The notes under the pieces are model-generated. The model did no database searches, had not been told where the DNA came from, and worked only from the letters and a program-made list of their open reading frames with translations. DNA of 62,932 bases, filler included, from Intoshia linei (lineage: Eukaryota > Animalia > Orthonectida), in NCBI GenBank assembly GCA_001642005.1. It is 6 parts of 6 records of this genome, joined end to end, with 100 filler letters (N's around TTAATTAATTAA, not from the genome) between each part and the next. Parts side by side here need not be neighbours in the genome. Positions count along the whole stretch, not along the records: positions 27,026 to 30,988 come from LWCA01002012.1; positions 31,089 to 50,133 come from LWCA01000755.1; 4 more parts are not named here. One strand, written 5' to 3'. Every line of letters begins with the position of its first letter. Position 1 is the first letter of the stretch. Both the position numbers and the translations under genes were made by a program. Shown here in pieces: positions 27,140-39,075 of this stretch.

Positions 27140-28500
27140 CATTAAAATAGGGTTTTTTAATTAGTTGCGCTATGATTGAAACATCCCCACTATTAAACTT
27201 TTATTCATTTTTTATACTATTAATTGTTTTATATCAGGGGTCGGCAACCCATGGGCTACAGAATAATATTAGTCAGTAAATATGTAAATTATTTATTTTT
27301 AAATTTTTCATCTTTAAAATACAGTTTTAAACATTTTCTACTATAATTGGCTCATTATAATCATTTGAATATTGAATTTTCAAATTGTCCAGGATTTTAT
27401 TTTGTTGAATATACTAGAAACGATTCTCTTCAGTTAAAATTGAAATTTTTTAAAAACGGGGCTTATATAATTTTTTGATATAAAAAAGTGGTCCACGAGA
27501 TGAAAAAGGTGCCTACCCCTGTTGTATATGAACAATTTTCATTAAAAATGGGGAAAGTTGTTAAGTCAAGTAAACAGATAAGTTAATAAAAAGCCTTATA
27601 GAATAAATAATTTGTATTTATAAAATTTGTATAATAATTATACAAATTATATATCTACCTTGAAGTTTATAGAAACTTCTTTCCATTCAATAACAAGTGG
27701 CGGTGCATTTGATATCAATGGATCCATTACTGTAACTGGGCAGAGTTTTGAATTTTCAAATTTGCATCCCTCAATTAATAAATTTTGCAAGGTAATGTAA
27801 CATTCACCATTTTTAAGTTAATCGTGTTGCCAGCAGCAATATAGAACTAATTGATCAATTTTTAAAGTGGAATTTCTAAATAAAAAAAATAAATAATAAA
27901 TATATACTTAGTAAAATACAATACTATTGTAATATAATTTTCATAATAAGAATTTGAATCGTTATTAGTTGAAGGTCATTAACCATTAAAATACATGGAT
28001 CCAGTATAAAATGTACCACATTATATTTATTCCGTTAGAAATTTAGAAGAGATTTTTATAAATTTTAAGATCAGTAGCCCAATTTTTTCAGTTTGGTTAA
28101 AATGCCTTACTTGGTGTTTACAATTAGCATATAATTACGTAAAATAAAAGATTTTTGCGATAAACTGTTGATGAGATTATTGAATTTATCTAATACAATC
28201 TTTTTGGTCCATAAGAAACTTTTAATTTTAATAGTTTCGTAGGCACTACATTTATCCTTTACATACACATGTATACATGAGTGCTCCACTGTTTAATTAA
28301 AAAACCCAACTTCTAATAGGGTTTATTGAAAGTAATATCGCAATTTTATTTCTCAAAAATTAATCCATCAGGGTGAAAACCTAAATTACCCTTTTTAAAT
28401 TAAGAGTCCTAGAATTTAAAAAAAATATAAATTCTGAGACAGTTTTAATATAATTTTTACTCTGCAAAAGTTTATATCCCCTTGTATTACACTAAAATAA
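27140..28500 (-). pseudogene. DYNC2H1: Decayed 3' fragment of cytoplasmic dynein 2 heavy chain
   Basis: Exon 27875-27659 reads KIDQLVLYCCWQHD*LKNGECYITLQNLLIEGCKFENSKLCPVTVMDPLISNAPPLVIEW, resembling the DYNC2H1 C-terminus (SGLLLEGCSF...SPSVSSVLPCFMGW). In-frame TAA at 27818-27820; flanking exons frameshifted. Boundaries approximate. Confidence 0.6.
27235..27521. mobile_element. hAT-type MITE, family A
   Basis: CAGGGGTCGGCAACC ... GGTGCCTACCCCTG; 8-bp TSD TTTTATAT/TTGTATAT (7/8 match). Confidence 0.8.
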
Positions 28501-29625
28501 ATTTAATAGTAACAATGAAATGTTTTTCAAAAGTTAAATTTCTTAAGATAAAGAGGATGAAACCTAAAAATCAAACAAATACTACGTTTGTATTGAAAAA
28601 AGTGATAATGCGACTCTAAAAAATTTAAAAATTATTCACTTGTTTCTTAAATTAAATTTTTAATTAAATCTATGCATATTATTATATTATATTATTCATT
28701 ATTTTATAATTTTTACCGATGACAAATTTCTTGTTTTAATGCTTCAAGAAAAGCATTAGGATGAAATATTTCTGAGATTTAATATTTATGATTTTAAAAT
28801 CAGTATTATGAAAAATTTCCAACCCAGTAATAACGTAGTACATGTACTTTAAAATTATTTGATATTAACACTGCGTGTGGTGAAATTTTAATTTTTTATA
28901 TTTTCCAACTACATTGTAGCTTGATTGTTGATTGTAGTTAATTTACTTCGTACAAACAAGACCTTATATTTTCGATGTCGAATATTTTAATTCTACCTAA
29001 AATAAAATTTACTGCAAAATCTTACATGAACATGTCATAATTACCAATTATGTTATTATTCTCTATTAAAAAATCTTTAAAAGATTGATTCCATAAATAT
29101 TATCCATGTACCGGTAATTTCACATTATGTTAACTGCAAAAAGCTGTATTACATGTAGCCTTTATTTCTTTTAAACTTAGCACTACAAATCCCCCTTTTT
29201 ACAAAGTAATGGATAATTTGTGGTTTTGCCGTCAAGATAAAGTTTTTATCAAAATTACTCTACACATGTAAACACATTCAGTGCTAAAACTGTCATACTG
29301 GTTTTGTATACTATAATTTTTCTTATATTTTATATTTACGTTTAAATGTTGATTTAAGAATTGTACATCGCTAAATTTAGTTTTGTAATTTTGAAATATA
29401 TGTATATTTAACAAAAGTTCTAATTAAAAATGTAATTAAAAAATAATAAAAATGTTATTTAAACTTCAATATGTATGCAAATTTCTGATGGTACGTCAGC
29501 ATCCATTTAATTTAAATTTGTTTACGTAAGTTTAAAATTTCAGTCGTTTACATTATTGAAATTATCTTACGATGTTGATTTTGTGATTTCGTGTAAATTT
29601 TAGTTTTAAATTTAAAGTGTGATAA

Positions 29626-30443
29626 ATGGATAATAATATTTGCAACTATTTAGAAGCTTCTGATAAAAATGGTATATTCAATATATAAATCTATGAGAAG
29701 TAGTTCCTTTATATAACTTATGATTTAAAATTATATTCTTGAATATCATTACTATTCAATTTAATATTCACTGTGAAGAGCCTTGAATAGGCGACTACGG
29801 ACACTATGACAGTGCAACACTTTTTCTAAAAAAATAATTTATTAGCAGTTGGTAATTGTAAGTAATATCCAAATTGACCATAAAAAATTATATTCTTGAA
29901 TATCAACTATTTTGAGTGTCAAATTTAAAATTTTAAGTCAATAGCTCTAATGGGTGGCTAGAGGCTATATAACACTACTATAATTTGATAACAATATTTT
30001 TAAACGTCTCTTATTTTCGGTGGTTTCGAACTTAGTAGGCTTGGATCTTGATAAGACATACAAAATTCAGTCCATAAATATAGAAATATTTTTGAAATTG
30101 TAGTTGAATTGAAATATAAAATATACCAAATAATTGAAAAACTACATATATGTCCCACATTTAGTTAAGAAATACTATTTTTTAAATCTGTGCAACTAGA
30201 ATATTTTAATATTCAAATGATATTGTTAACCTTATTTATTTTTAGTTAAATTTTTGTACAAAAATATTGGAGTGAATAAAGTTGAAGCTAATTCGTATGT
30301 GCCCAGTTTCAATTCATTGTTATCAAATCTTGTTAAAAACAATCATAATGTCGAACTCGATAGAGATGTTTCATGTAACACTGCTTCTCGCGCTTCTAAA
30401 GCTTTTATGGAAATGACTAGTGGATATAAAGAAAATGCTAATG
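29626..30443 (+). CDS. GCH1: GTP cyclohydrolase I-like, first two exons only (29626-29671, 30246-30443)
   Basis: SFNSLLSNL...DRDVSCNTASRASKAFMEMTSGYKEN resembles GCH1 [34 protein letters not shown]; followed by a phase-1 donor; catalytic exons absent before the contig end. Confidence 0.55.
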
Positions 30444-30653
30444 GTATTAGTACATCTTTTCCCAAATACCAGCTCATAAAATAATTTTACCGGTCCGCGA
30501 AATAATTCTGAAATTAATTTTACATTACTTTTGTATTATTTAGAAATCCATTTTTTATGTTTTTTATAAAAATTGAATTAACCCTTCGACTTATCCTTAC
30601 TTATATATAGAGATTTTCAACCTTTAACGTAACCTTTTCACGAATAGCGTTGC

Positions 30654-30988
30654 TATTGCATCTGATATCATTTCTATTGCAACCGATATCATTTCTATTG
30701 CAACCGATATCATTTCTTTTGCAACCTTTATTGTTTTTATATGAAAATTTTAATAATTTGTTCAAATGAAATTATGTACTATATATAAATTAATCATCTA
30801 AATAAAACTTTATGCAATTTATTTATAAAAATATAATTACTAACCACCCAAATTACACTAACCACACAATTATATTATTAATTAATTATATATCAAATTA
30901 AAAACATTTAATTTAATTTAACAGAATAAATTTAATATAATTTTATACATTCAAATTTTCATATAAAAACAATAAAGGTTGCAAAAGA
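30654..30988. repeat. 21-bp tandem array plus perfect 36-bp inverted repeat (foldback-like)
   Basis: About 3.5 copies of TATTGCAACCGATATCATTTC (30654-30726); 30715-30750 is the exact reverse complement of 30953-30988. Confidence 0.85.
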
Positions 30989-31088
30989 NNNNNNNNNNNN
31001 NNNNNNNNNNNNNNNNNNNNNNNNNNNNNNNNTTAATTAATTAANNNNNNNNNNNNNNNNNNNNNNNNNNNNNNNNNNNNNNNNNNNN
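30989..31088. other. Artificial contig-join spacer
   Basis: 44 N + TTAATTAATTAA + 44 N. Confidence 0.97.
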
Positions 31089-31468
31089 AATACGTCAAGT
31101 GTAAATTTTTATCTTGTCTATTTGTACACTAAAACAACTTTTTCCATCACTGATGTATATTGTTAACAAAGAAACAAAATGATGTTTATATAAAATCTTC
31201 AAACTATTGGCTCTAAAATACGAAAGACCCTATCTAATCTTCATTAGCATCATTTGATATTTTTTTAAAAATTGATAAAGATTTAAACATATGAAAGTTA
31301 ACCAAAGTGTTATTCATTAAAATCCAACTACATGGTTCGATTTTAGTTCTGCCTCACTGGATTTTTTCCCTAAATTGGTGGTAAAAGTGGATTTTCACAG
31401 GTACGGTTTGCCCATACCAACAGTAGCAGATAACCTGTAGGACTCTAATGTATTAACGATAAACAAAC

Positions 31469-34400
31469 CATGATGGAAACATTTTTTGGAAGCATAGAAA
31501 TATCATCACGAGCTTCTCCGGTATCATTAAATTGGTTAGATTCGTCTTCAACTTTTTCACCCCTTTCCAATTTCTAAACATTAAAATAAATAAATATACT
31601 AATAATGATATAAACCAGACATTTTCACACTGATTTCTTTCAATTTTTATTATTTTTTATGGGCCTACGATGAAAAAATTTACAAATACATTTACAAAGA
31701 AAGATGGACGCATCAATCAAGAAATACTGCAATAATCTGTACTAATTAAATTTGAATTCACGTGCCAATGATAAAAAATGTTAAAATAATAATAATAAAA
31801 AAATTTTCATCAAAGCTACATTTTTCCAAAACCCAAAATATTTCTCTGAACCCAGGCGTCAGCTAGGCCACTTGATAATTTCTCATATGTTAATGTAGGC
31901 TAATTAAATAAAAACATCAAAGTATTCTCGAGTTTGTTTTGCATCGACAGACACTTCTCTCCATAATCTAAAAATAATGTTTGCTATCGACTTGTAATAT
32001 GCGTTTTGAATAATGTTGTATGCAACTAAATTTTTTAAATATTAAAGTTAGCTACATTATATACATTATATTTAGGGCAAACAAAAGTCAGAAAAGTTAA
32101 AATTTTTTCTAAATGTTAGAATTTTTTTTAAAAGTTAATAAAGTTAGATTTTGAAATATTCAATTATTTACATGTGCATTTTTAAATTTTAATCTAATAA
32201 TCAGTTAATGCCTAAATTTCCAAAGTCCAAAGTCGGGACAGAAAATATTTATAATATTTTAAGAATATTTCCAAATAAATTTAAAATGAAGGACGGCAGT
32301 TTAATTTGTATTAAATGAAATTGTGATGTCTCATTTTAAAAATTATATGATTTGCAGAGTCATAGGTTGTCTGTTAAATACAAATCATTAACTTTAAATG
32401 ATACTACTCCAATCCGTAATTATTGCAAATTAAAAGTGATTTTGCCATTGACATAGTCAAACTTTTTGCCTAGGTAGACATACCTTATACAAGTTAAACA
32501 ACAAAAACTTAAAGGAATTTTTTATCAACATAGGAAAATCGTTAACATCCGAAAACAATTGTGGTGATACAATCGACCAGGTATATTTGAAGGAAATTGA
32601 AAGGATAAAATCGTGTTGTAAAGATGAATTAATATTTATGATCTTGGATGAAACCGATTAAACGATGTTGAATATATAAACATATTTGTCGGTACTTTGA
32701 ATAACCTCCAAAATTTAATGCTGTTTGACTGTAAAATGATTAATACTTACATGAATGGTCAAATTGTATCTATGATAGGATTATATAATGAGTTAATCGA
32801 ATTAAACGGATATAAATCTATATTAAGTGTTATTGACATGGCAAAAGAGTTGTTTACTATTAATCAAGCATATGATACAATAAAAAAAATACAATTTATT
32901 CCTAACCCATATGAAATAAAACTATATATAGAAAAAAGAATGATATCGATTAAATTATGTTAGCTATGGATCAGTCCAAACTTCCTTCATTGTACAGCCA
33001 ATTAAGAAATGGCCCTTCAACTTCTATCGGTGTAGAAAGAAGTTTTAGCATGCTGAAGACATTACTCACAAAACAAAGGAATTTGTTATCTAGTAACGTT
33101 AAAAAATATTTAATATTGTACCATAATAAATCTTAATATTTAATTTTTTAACAGGGGGGACCAAATTGAATTTTTAATGTATTTTTTATAGGTTAAAAAA
33201 GTTGTATTGAATTGAATTGTATTTTGATATGTTATATTTTGACGATTTTATAGGTTAGAAAAAGTTTGCCTTAATTATATTAAATGTATTTGAATAAAAT
33301 TAAATCTTTTTAAATATCAATATTACTTATCTGTCTCCCTTTTCTGTAGCGAATCCAACTCTAAAGAAATAATTAAGTCATAAATGTAAAATATGAATCT
33401 GATCATAAAAGACTAGTTTTTTTACCCTCTAAGGCAGTTATTCTTAACTGGTACGCCATAAGTACTATAAGCTCAGAAACACAGCAAAGAAATTTGAAGT
33501 TATTTTATAAATTTTTAATTTATCAGATTTAAAGGACTTAAAAAATCGGATTATTCAAAAAAATATTGGAAAAAGAGGATAATTCCCTTAAGGGTTGGTA
33601 AAATTGTGTTTTATAAAAGAAATTTATAATTTTCTTAGTAATAAAAAATATTTTACTAAATTTATCGTGCAAATTTTAAGTGTGTATAATCGAATTAATA
33701 GTGTATTAGTAAAATTCATCTGAAATGTTTCTAAAGTGCTGATTCCGTTAATTACTGATACATACTTGGTATTTTTATATATTTATTAAATTAGTACTGA
33801 ATATATATTATCACATTGAAAATAAAAAAATAGGTTTTAATAATTTTATTATTTATGAAAATTTTTAGGATTGGACTGCTTTTACTTTATTTTTAATATT
33901 ATACACACATTCTGTCTAATAAATTAAAAAAATGGGATAATAATTATTTTTAAAATTCTTGACACAAATGCTAACAAAATAAATTTTATGTGGAATAATT
34001 CACTTTAAATTAAAAGGTAATGTGATATGACGAATCCACGTGTAACAAGTTTGGAACCACTCCTATAAATGATTTATAATAGTGAATAGTATCATGTTTA
34101 GGTTAAATTTTCTTATTGAATTTATTTTTCTGGTAGAATAAAAATGTCCGCCCTCGGTAGAGCTAGGATGGTGTTTGTACGAAGTACATAACAGTGAAGC
34201 TACACAGATATAAGGATATTACACTGTGAGATTCGTACTTTAAAGGTTAAAAGTTTAATGTAAATATATTTTGTAAATTTGCTAGTACAGTTGAATATCA
34301 GTGTTTCATAAACTAAAGATCACCGTATTTAGCTTAATAACGCGAGATAATATGTCATTCATAACGACAACAAAAAGCTCAACACATCACCATTGCCAGA

Positions 34401-35169
34401 AAATTTAAGAGTTGTCAACATCAGTGAGATCAAGTTTTCAAATTTAAAAAATCATAAACAGTACCGTTAGACTTGTATTTGGTTTAATGATGAAATTATG
34501 GATGAAATAACAAATTATTTTAAATTAGGTGACGCCACGCGAAAACGGTGAAAAACCACCGTTAAGTTTTAAAATAAAATTTAAAAATTACCGACCATTT
34601 GCAAAAGTGATTTTTAAGCATTTTATGGTTATAAAAAGAATCTGCTATATAATTAAAATCAGAAAGAAGGGCTATTTTGAGTTTGTTTTTGAGATGATAT
34701 CGCGTAAGAGCACTAAATTATTAATACTAAACTAAATAATTATCAACTTACTGAAAATATTGAACAAGCTTTGATTTATTGTAATGTTCATAAGCTTTGG
34801 TAATTTTTTTATACATACTCTAAATAAGTGTTGATATAAAAAGTTTCTTTACAATTTACCCCAGTGAGTTCGGCATTTAGATTTAAATTAGATGCGATAC
34901 GCTTACAAGGTTTAAACCGAGGATCAATAAACATGTCCCTGAAACGGTAAATACAAATCAAACATGTTAATACCAAGAATAAATGGCGTATTGATCAATT
35001 TCAACAGTTGTCATTTTATCTATGATAAATTGAATTTGATCTTCTGGACACATGACAGCTAAAGCGCACATAAAAGCCTAGTATGTTATTAAAATAAATT
35101 TGAATCTTGAACCTCAAACAACTCGAGGATTCTACTATTAGCAATATAATTATTAGGGATTCTTTCCAT
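31469..35169 (-). CDS. FBXL13: Dynein regulatory complex subunit 6 / FBXL13, 5' part (about 8 exons; F-box/LRR exons not found)
   Basis: Spliced: ILELFE|AFMCALAVMCPEDQIQFIIDK...W|DMFIDP (docking-type domain); KAYEHYNKS..ADSFYNHKMLKNHFCKWS|SWIRYRKGRQI|IAYNIIQNAYYKSIANIIFRLWREVSVDAKQTREYFD|KLERGE...GEARDDISMLPKNVSIM (F-box start). Missed by the ORF track because the exons are small. Confidence 0.8.
32073..33273 (+). mobile_element. hAT element, CGGBP1-like transposase remnant, in an FBXL13 intron
   Basis: TIRs TAGGGCAAAC ... GTTTGCCTTA; exact TSD ATTATATT; MPKFPKSK..FPNKF..LIC N-terminus, LDET, and GPSTSIGVERSFSMLKTLL..RNL..NVKKYLILY. Confidence 0.88.
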
Positions 35170-35235
35170 TTATTGTTAGTGTAACTTGGAAATGTATTAA
35201 AACGTTTAAAAATATTTTAATGGTATTTAATACAA

Positions 35236-35964
35236 TTATATGACTACACATGGACATTTTCTAGATTTTTTATCAGACTTCTTGGGTAAAATTGCCTTTT
35301 TTTCGTCTACAATTCTTTGGAAAAGCTATAAAAGATGTAAAAAATAAATTAATAAAATACTTCGTGAATATTAATATTGTTTTTAGCAGAAGTTTCATAA
35401 AATATGCAATCGTGTTTTAAAGCATATGCTTCGCCTTCAGAAGTGGATACTTCTCTTTCATTTTGTAAATCGCATTTGTTGCCAATAATAATAATTAGTG
35501 CGTCCTAAATATACATTAGAATTGTCTTTTCAGCAAACATTTTTGTTTTCTTCCTTAATAATCCGTTTTAAACTCAGCATCAGTAATTCAATGTCTTTAA
35601 ATGTGATTCTGGACGTAATAGTGTATACCAAAATAAAAATATTGCCGGTTTTCATGTACAGGTCACGCATAGCTGTAAATTGCTCCTAAAAATATTAAAA
35701 AATATAACACAAGTTAAACCGTTCCAGCCGTATCGATAACTTCCATAATTGTATCTTTATCGTGGGACTATCAAAATTCATAAAATATTAATAAAAAAAA
35801 CTTTCTTGTAGTGGTCTTCTATGGTAGGATCGTATTTTTCATGGAAACTTTGGTTAATATATCGATATGTCTAGAATTTATTTGTTTAGTTACATTTCAC
35901 AAATTACTATTGCTGATTTTCCTACACCACCACTTCCAAGGATTACCGTTTTCAAGTAGAGCAT
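35236..35964 (-). CDS. Rap1-like small GTPase, multi-exon
   Basis: [20 protein letters not shown]|[12 protein letters not shown] (Rap-type Thr61), GNKCDL, ETSAK, polybasic tail [15 protein letters not shown]. Confidence 0.9.
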
Positions 35965-36721
35965 TAATCTTCTAAAATTGATTTCATAAGCATTTAAAGC
36001 TTACAGTAATTCTATTAATTGCCACGTATATACGAAAAAACAATATTTAAACAAATTAATCAATTTCTCGATTGTTAAGTAGATTTGATAGCAATTTTAT
36101 AAATAAAGGTTAAAACTTTAAAAAAGTATGGAATATTACAATTTATAGATTTAATCTTTGATTTACGATAATATAATTTATTGCCAAGATTTTTAGTTTA
36201 TTAAGAGAGATTTGCCTTCAATTGTCAATTGTACAAACAAATAATATTTTTACGTTGATGGCTATTTGTTGTATTTTTTATTAGTCAAACTTTCTCTCAT
36301 AGTTTTTATTGGTGTCATGGTTACTTCTGGTTATATTCATATCAATAACCGTACTGTCATTTTTTTAGTAAATTTAGTAAGACTTATCTAAGAAAAACTT
36401 GTATTAAGAAATATCTATACTTAGTATAGATACCATTAATTTTTCCAATATTTATTTTGTATGACAAATTTTAAATTATACAGAATAGAATTAAGAATTA
36501 TTCAATTTAATTATAATGTTTTCTATTATGGAAATTTAGTTATCATTATAATGTAAATATTTACTAATAATCCAAATACAGTGAAAACTCTATAAGTACA
36601 TTCAATTCATGTGTTCAACTCAACACACTTATAAAGTGGCCAGAAAAAATACGTACTATCAATTTTAGTTTATTTGGTAATAAATGTAAAGCCAAAACTA
36701 AATTTACTTATCTATGATGAG

Positions 36722-37961
36722 TAGGGCAATTTTTTAAAGAACCTATAGAATAAAAAAAATAACCTAACGACTGATTTTTAGTAACATTTAGCTATTATTA
36801 GTAACTTTAAAAATTTTTTTGTATAAAACTTTAATTTGAATCTTGTTAACTTCATCGATTTTTTTTATTTTTTTTAAGTATTTTTTATGTTTTTATCTCG
36901 TACCATTTGAAAATTCAAAATATTTACTGAAATTGTTGTTCTCTAAAAAAATAATTTTCTATTGTTTACCTTCAAGAATGTCCATCATACTCATTGTTCA
37001 GATATATTCAATATACCAAATATGAATTTAAATGAATAAAATTAAACTATACAAATGGATAATTAATAGAGTATTTATTGTTGTGATATACAAAATTATG
37101 TATTTTTTGATATTTTCAGATGCTAATGCTGGTCTCTGTTTAGTTACTATTTTTTTTAACCGACTAAAACTTCTTTCTACGCTGACGGATGTAGAGTGAG
37201 CGTTCCTTAGAGAATGATATAATATTGGGAATTTGTTTGAATCTAAATTATTCATAATGGCATATATGTCATTTTTCGTTAGACGTTTATTAATATAATC
37301 CTTTATGCTGCAGGGATCCGAATCAAAGGACAAATTACATAATACATTGTAGGCCTTTTCTATGTTAAATGACGATTCTTAAGCCATTTCTATTACATCT
37401 AACAGAGATAAATATGTACATATTTGAATCAAATTATTTAGTTATCCAAGTTGGTTGACAAGCAAGTTTAGCTCGATTTATTATTAAATCATTAATCATT
37501 AATCTACTTAATTTTAGGGTTGTTTAGTTTATAGAGTGGAATATCCGCAGATATAAATGCCTTCAAAATTTGGTCAGTAAAATCATGCGACATTTTTAAA
37601 AATTTAGGTAAAGGAAGATTATTGTTTGACAATCTGTGTTTTTTTGTGTTTCTGTGAACTTTAATAAAGTGCCTTTTTTCATAGGAAACAGTGCAATTGC
37701 AATTTATAAACCTAAATGAATTATCAGTTCTCTTGAATTCATTAGGATACATTCATTACGTTGTTCATTTTGAAATGAGGAGATTTTGTAGTTTTTGGTA
37801 TGCTAAATTAATGTTACATCATTTCGTGATGATCAAAATTTTTCCTGTAAAAGTGAATTTTAATTAGCTAATTAATAAACATAATATTGGTATGATCATG
37901 CTTGAAATTGCATGCTAATTAACATATAAAAAATTAACTATATTAATTTTTACTTGCCCTA
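36722..37961 (-). mobile_element. hAT element, CGGBP1-like, internally deleted
   Basis: TIRs TAGGGCAA ... TTGCCCTA; exact TSD ATGATGAG; BED-like NCNCTVSYEKRHFIKVHRNTKKH, AFISADIPLYKLNNP, HSTSVSVERSFSRLKK. Confidence 0.9.
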
Positions 37962-38416
37962 ATGATGAGTTATCATTAATGACAAATAAAAATTTTCTTT
38001 AATTTAAAGTTTAACTTATATAAAGTGGCAAGATGTTTAACGTATTAGTTACTTATAAACCAAAATGAAATTAAATTTAAAATCTCAGTCGAAATTGAAT
38101 TTAATAATAATTAATTTAATTGAAGGAAGCTAGTGGTAGCTTGTATACAATATGTGATTATACTAATTATTTAAAGTTGAATTTATTTATTTGTTAATTA
38201 AATTGGGCTAGGTTCATAGATGTTGTGTGATTTGGAAGTTGGTTTCATCTGTTAATAACTCTATTGTAAAAGGAATGCCATGTAATTTGGTGTCGAAACG
38301 ATTTTTAAATAACTTTCCATTTTGTCGTGTTTTGGAGATCTTGCGTTTGAACGGTGAGGGGACTTTTAATGTTATAATTTTGTGTGTTAATCTGAGTTAA
38401 AATTAATAGTTATATA

Positions 38417-38798
38417 TCCTAACTTATATAATAAGCTACGCGATATTTGTTTGTGTGTTATGCTTTATTTAAATAACTATCCGTCTTAGAATTTTTTAAA
38501 GACCACATTTCAATTACAGTTTTTTCCTGGACGTATAGTAAAATAAATTTTAACCTCCCAATTTTACATCTTACGAGGGTATATTTTTTTAAATTCTCGA
38601 ACTCTTGATTTTCAAAAAAAGGACAATTGGGCTTTTTGACCCATAAGATGTAAGTTTGGGAGGTTGAAATTTATCTTACTAACACTCCGGAAAAAACTTT
38701 AAATAAAATGTGGACTTTATAAAATTCTAAGACTAATAGTTATTGAAATAAACGATAACACACACAGACAAACATATCATATTATAATTAATATAAGA
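38417..38798. repeat. Two inverted Helitron-family 5' segments forming an imperfect ~380-bp palindrome
   Basis: The left arm starts TCCTAACTTATATA; the right arm is a reverse-complement copy (e.g. CCTCCCAATTTTACATCTTA vs TAAGATGTAAGTTTGGGAGG). Confidence 0.8.
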
Positions 38799-39075
38799 AC
38801 TAATTCAGTTATTCACTAGAAAATTAATCATTCAATTAGCTTACTTATATTATAATTACGATAATTACTTATATATTAATTACAATAATTGTAATTGTAC
38901 ATAACAATTCTCGTCATTCTGTATTTATACATATTCACTGAAATAAACAAAATGTGTAAATATCAAAATAAACTTGCACATGTGATGCTTATAATTACAT
39001 GGTTACTTATATATATTCTCAAAATTAATTTAGAAAAAATACCGCAATTTTCTTAAAACGTAAATATAAAAGGAT

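Noticed and set aside
27818-27820. In-frame TAA as evidence of stop-codon reassignment
   Set aside because: Intact genes here end in TAA, TAG or TGA and have no internal stops; neighbouring exons are also frameshifted. The apparent TGA in the Rap gene lies in a 34-nt intron.
30654-30726. 21-bp repeats as a CRISPR array
   Set aside because: The units are contiguous with no spacers, there are no cas genes and the context is eukaryotic.
31574-31916. Exon-like minus-strand text (LADAWVQRNILGFGKNVALM...LLQYFLID), vaguely like an ABCA transporter
   Set aside because: It lies inside an FBXL13 intron that splices cleanly without it; the frames are broken and the similarity is too weak to call.
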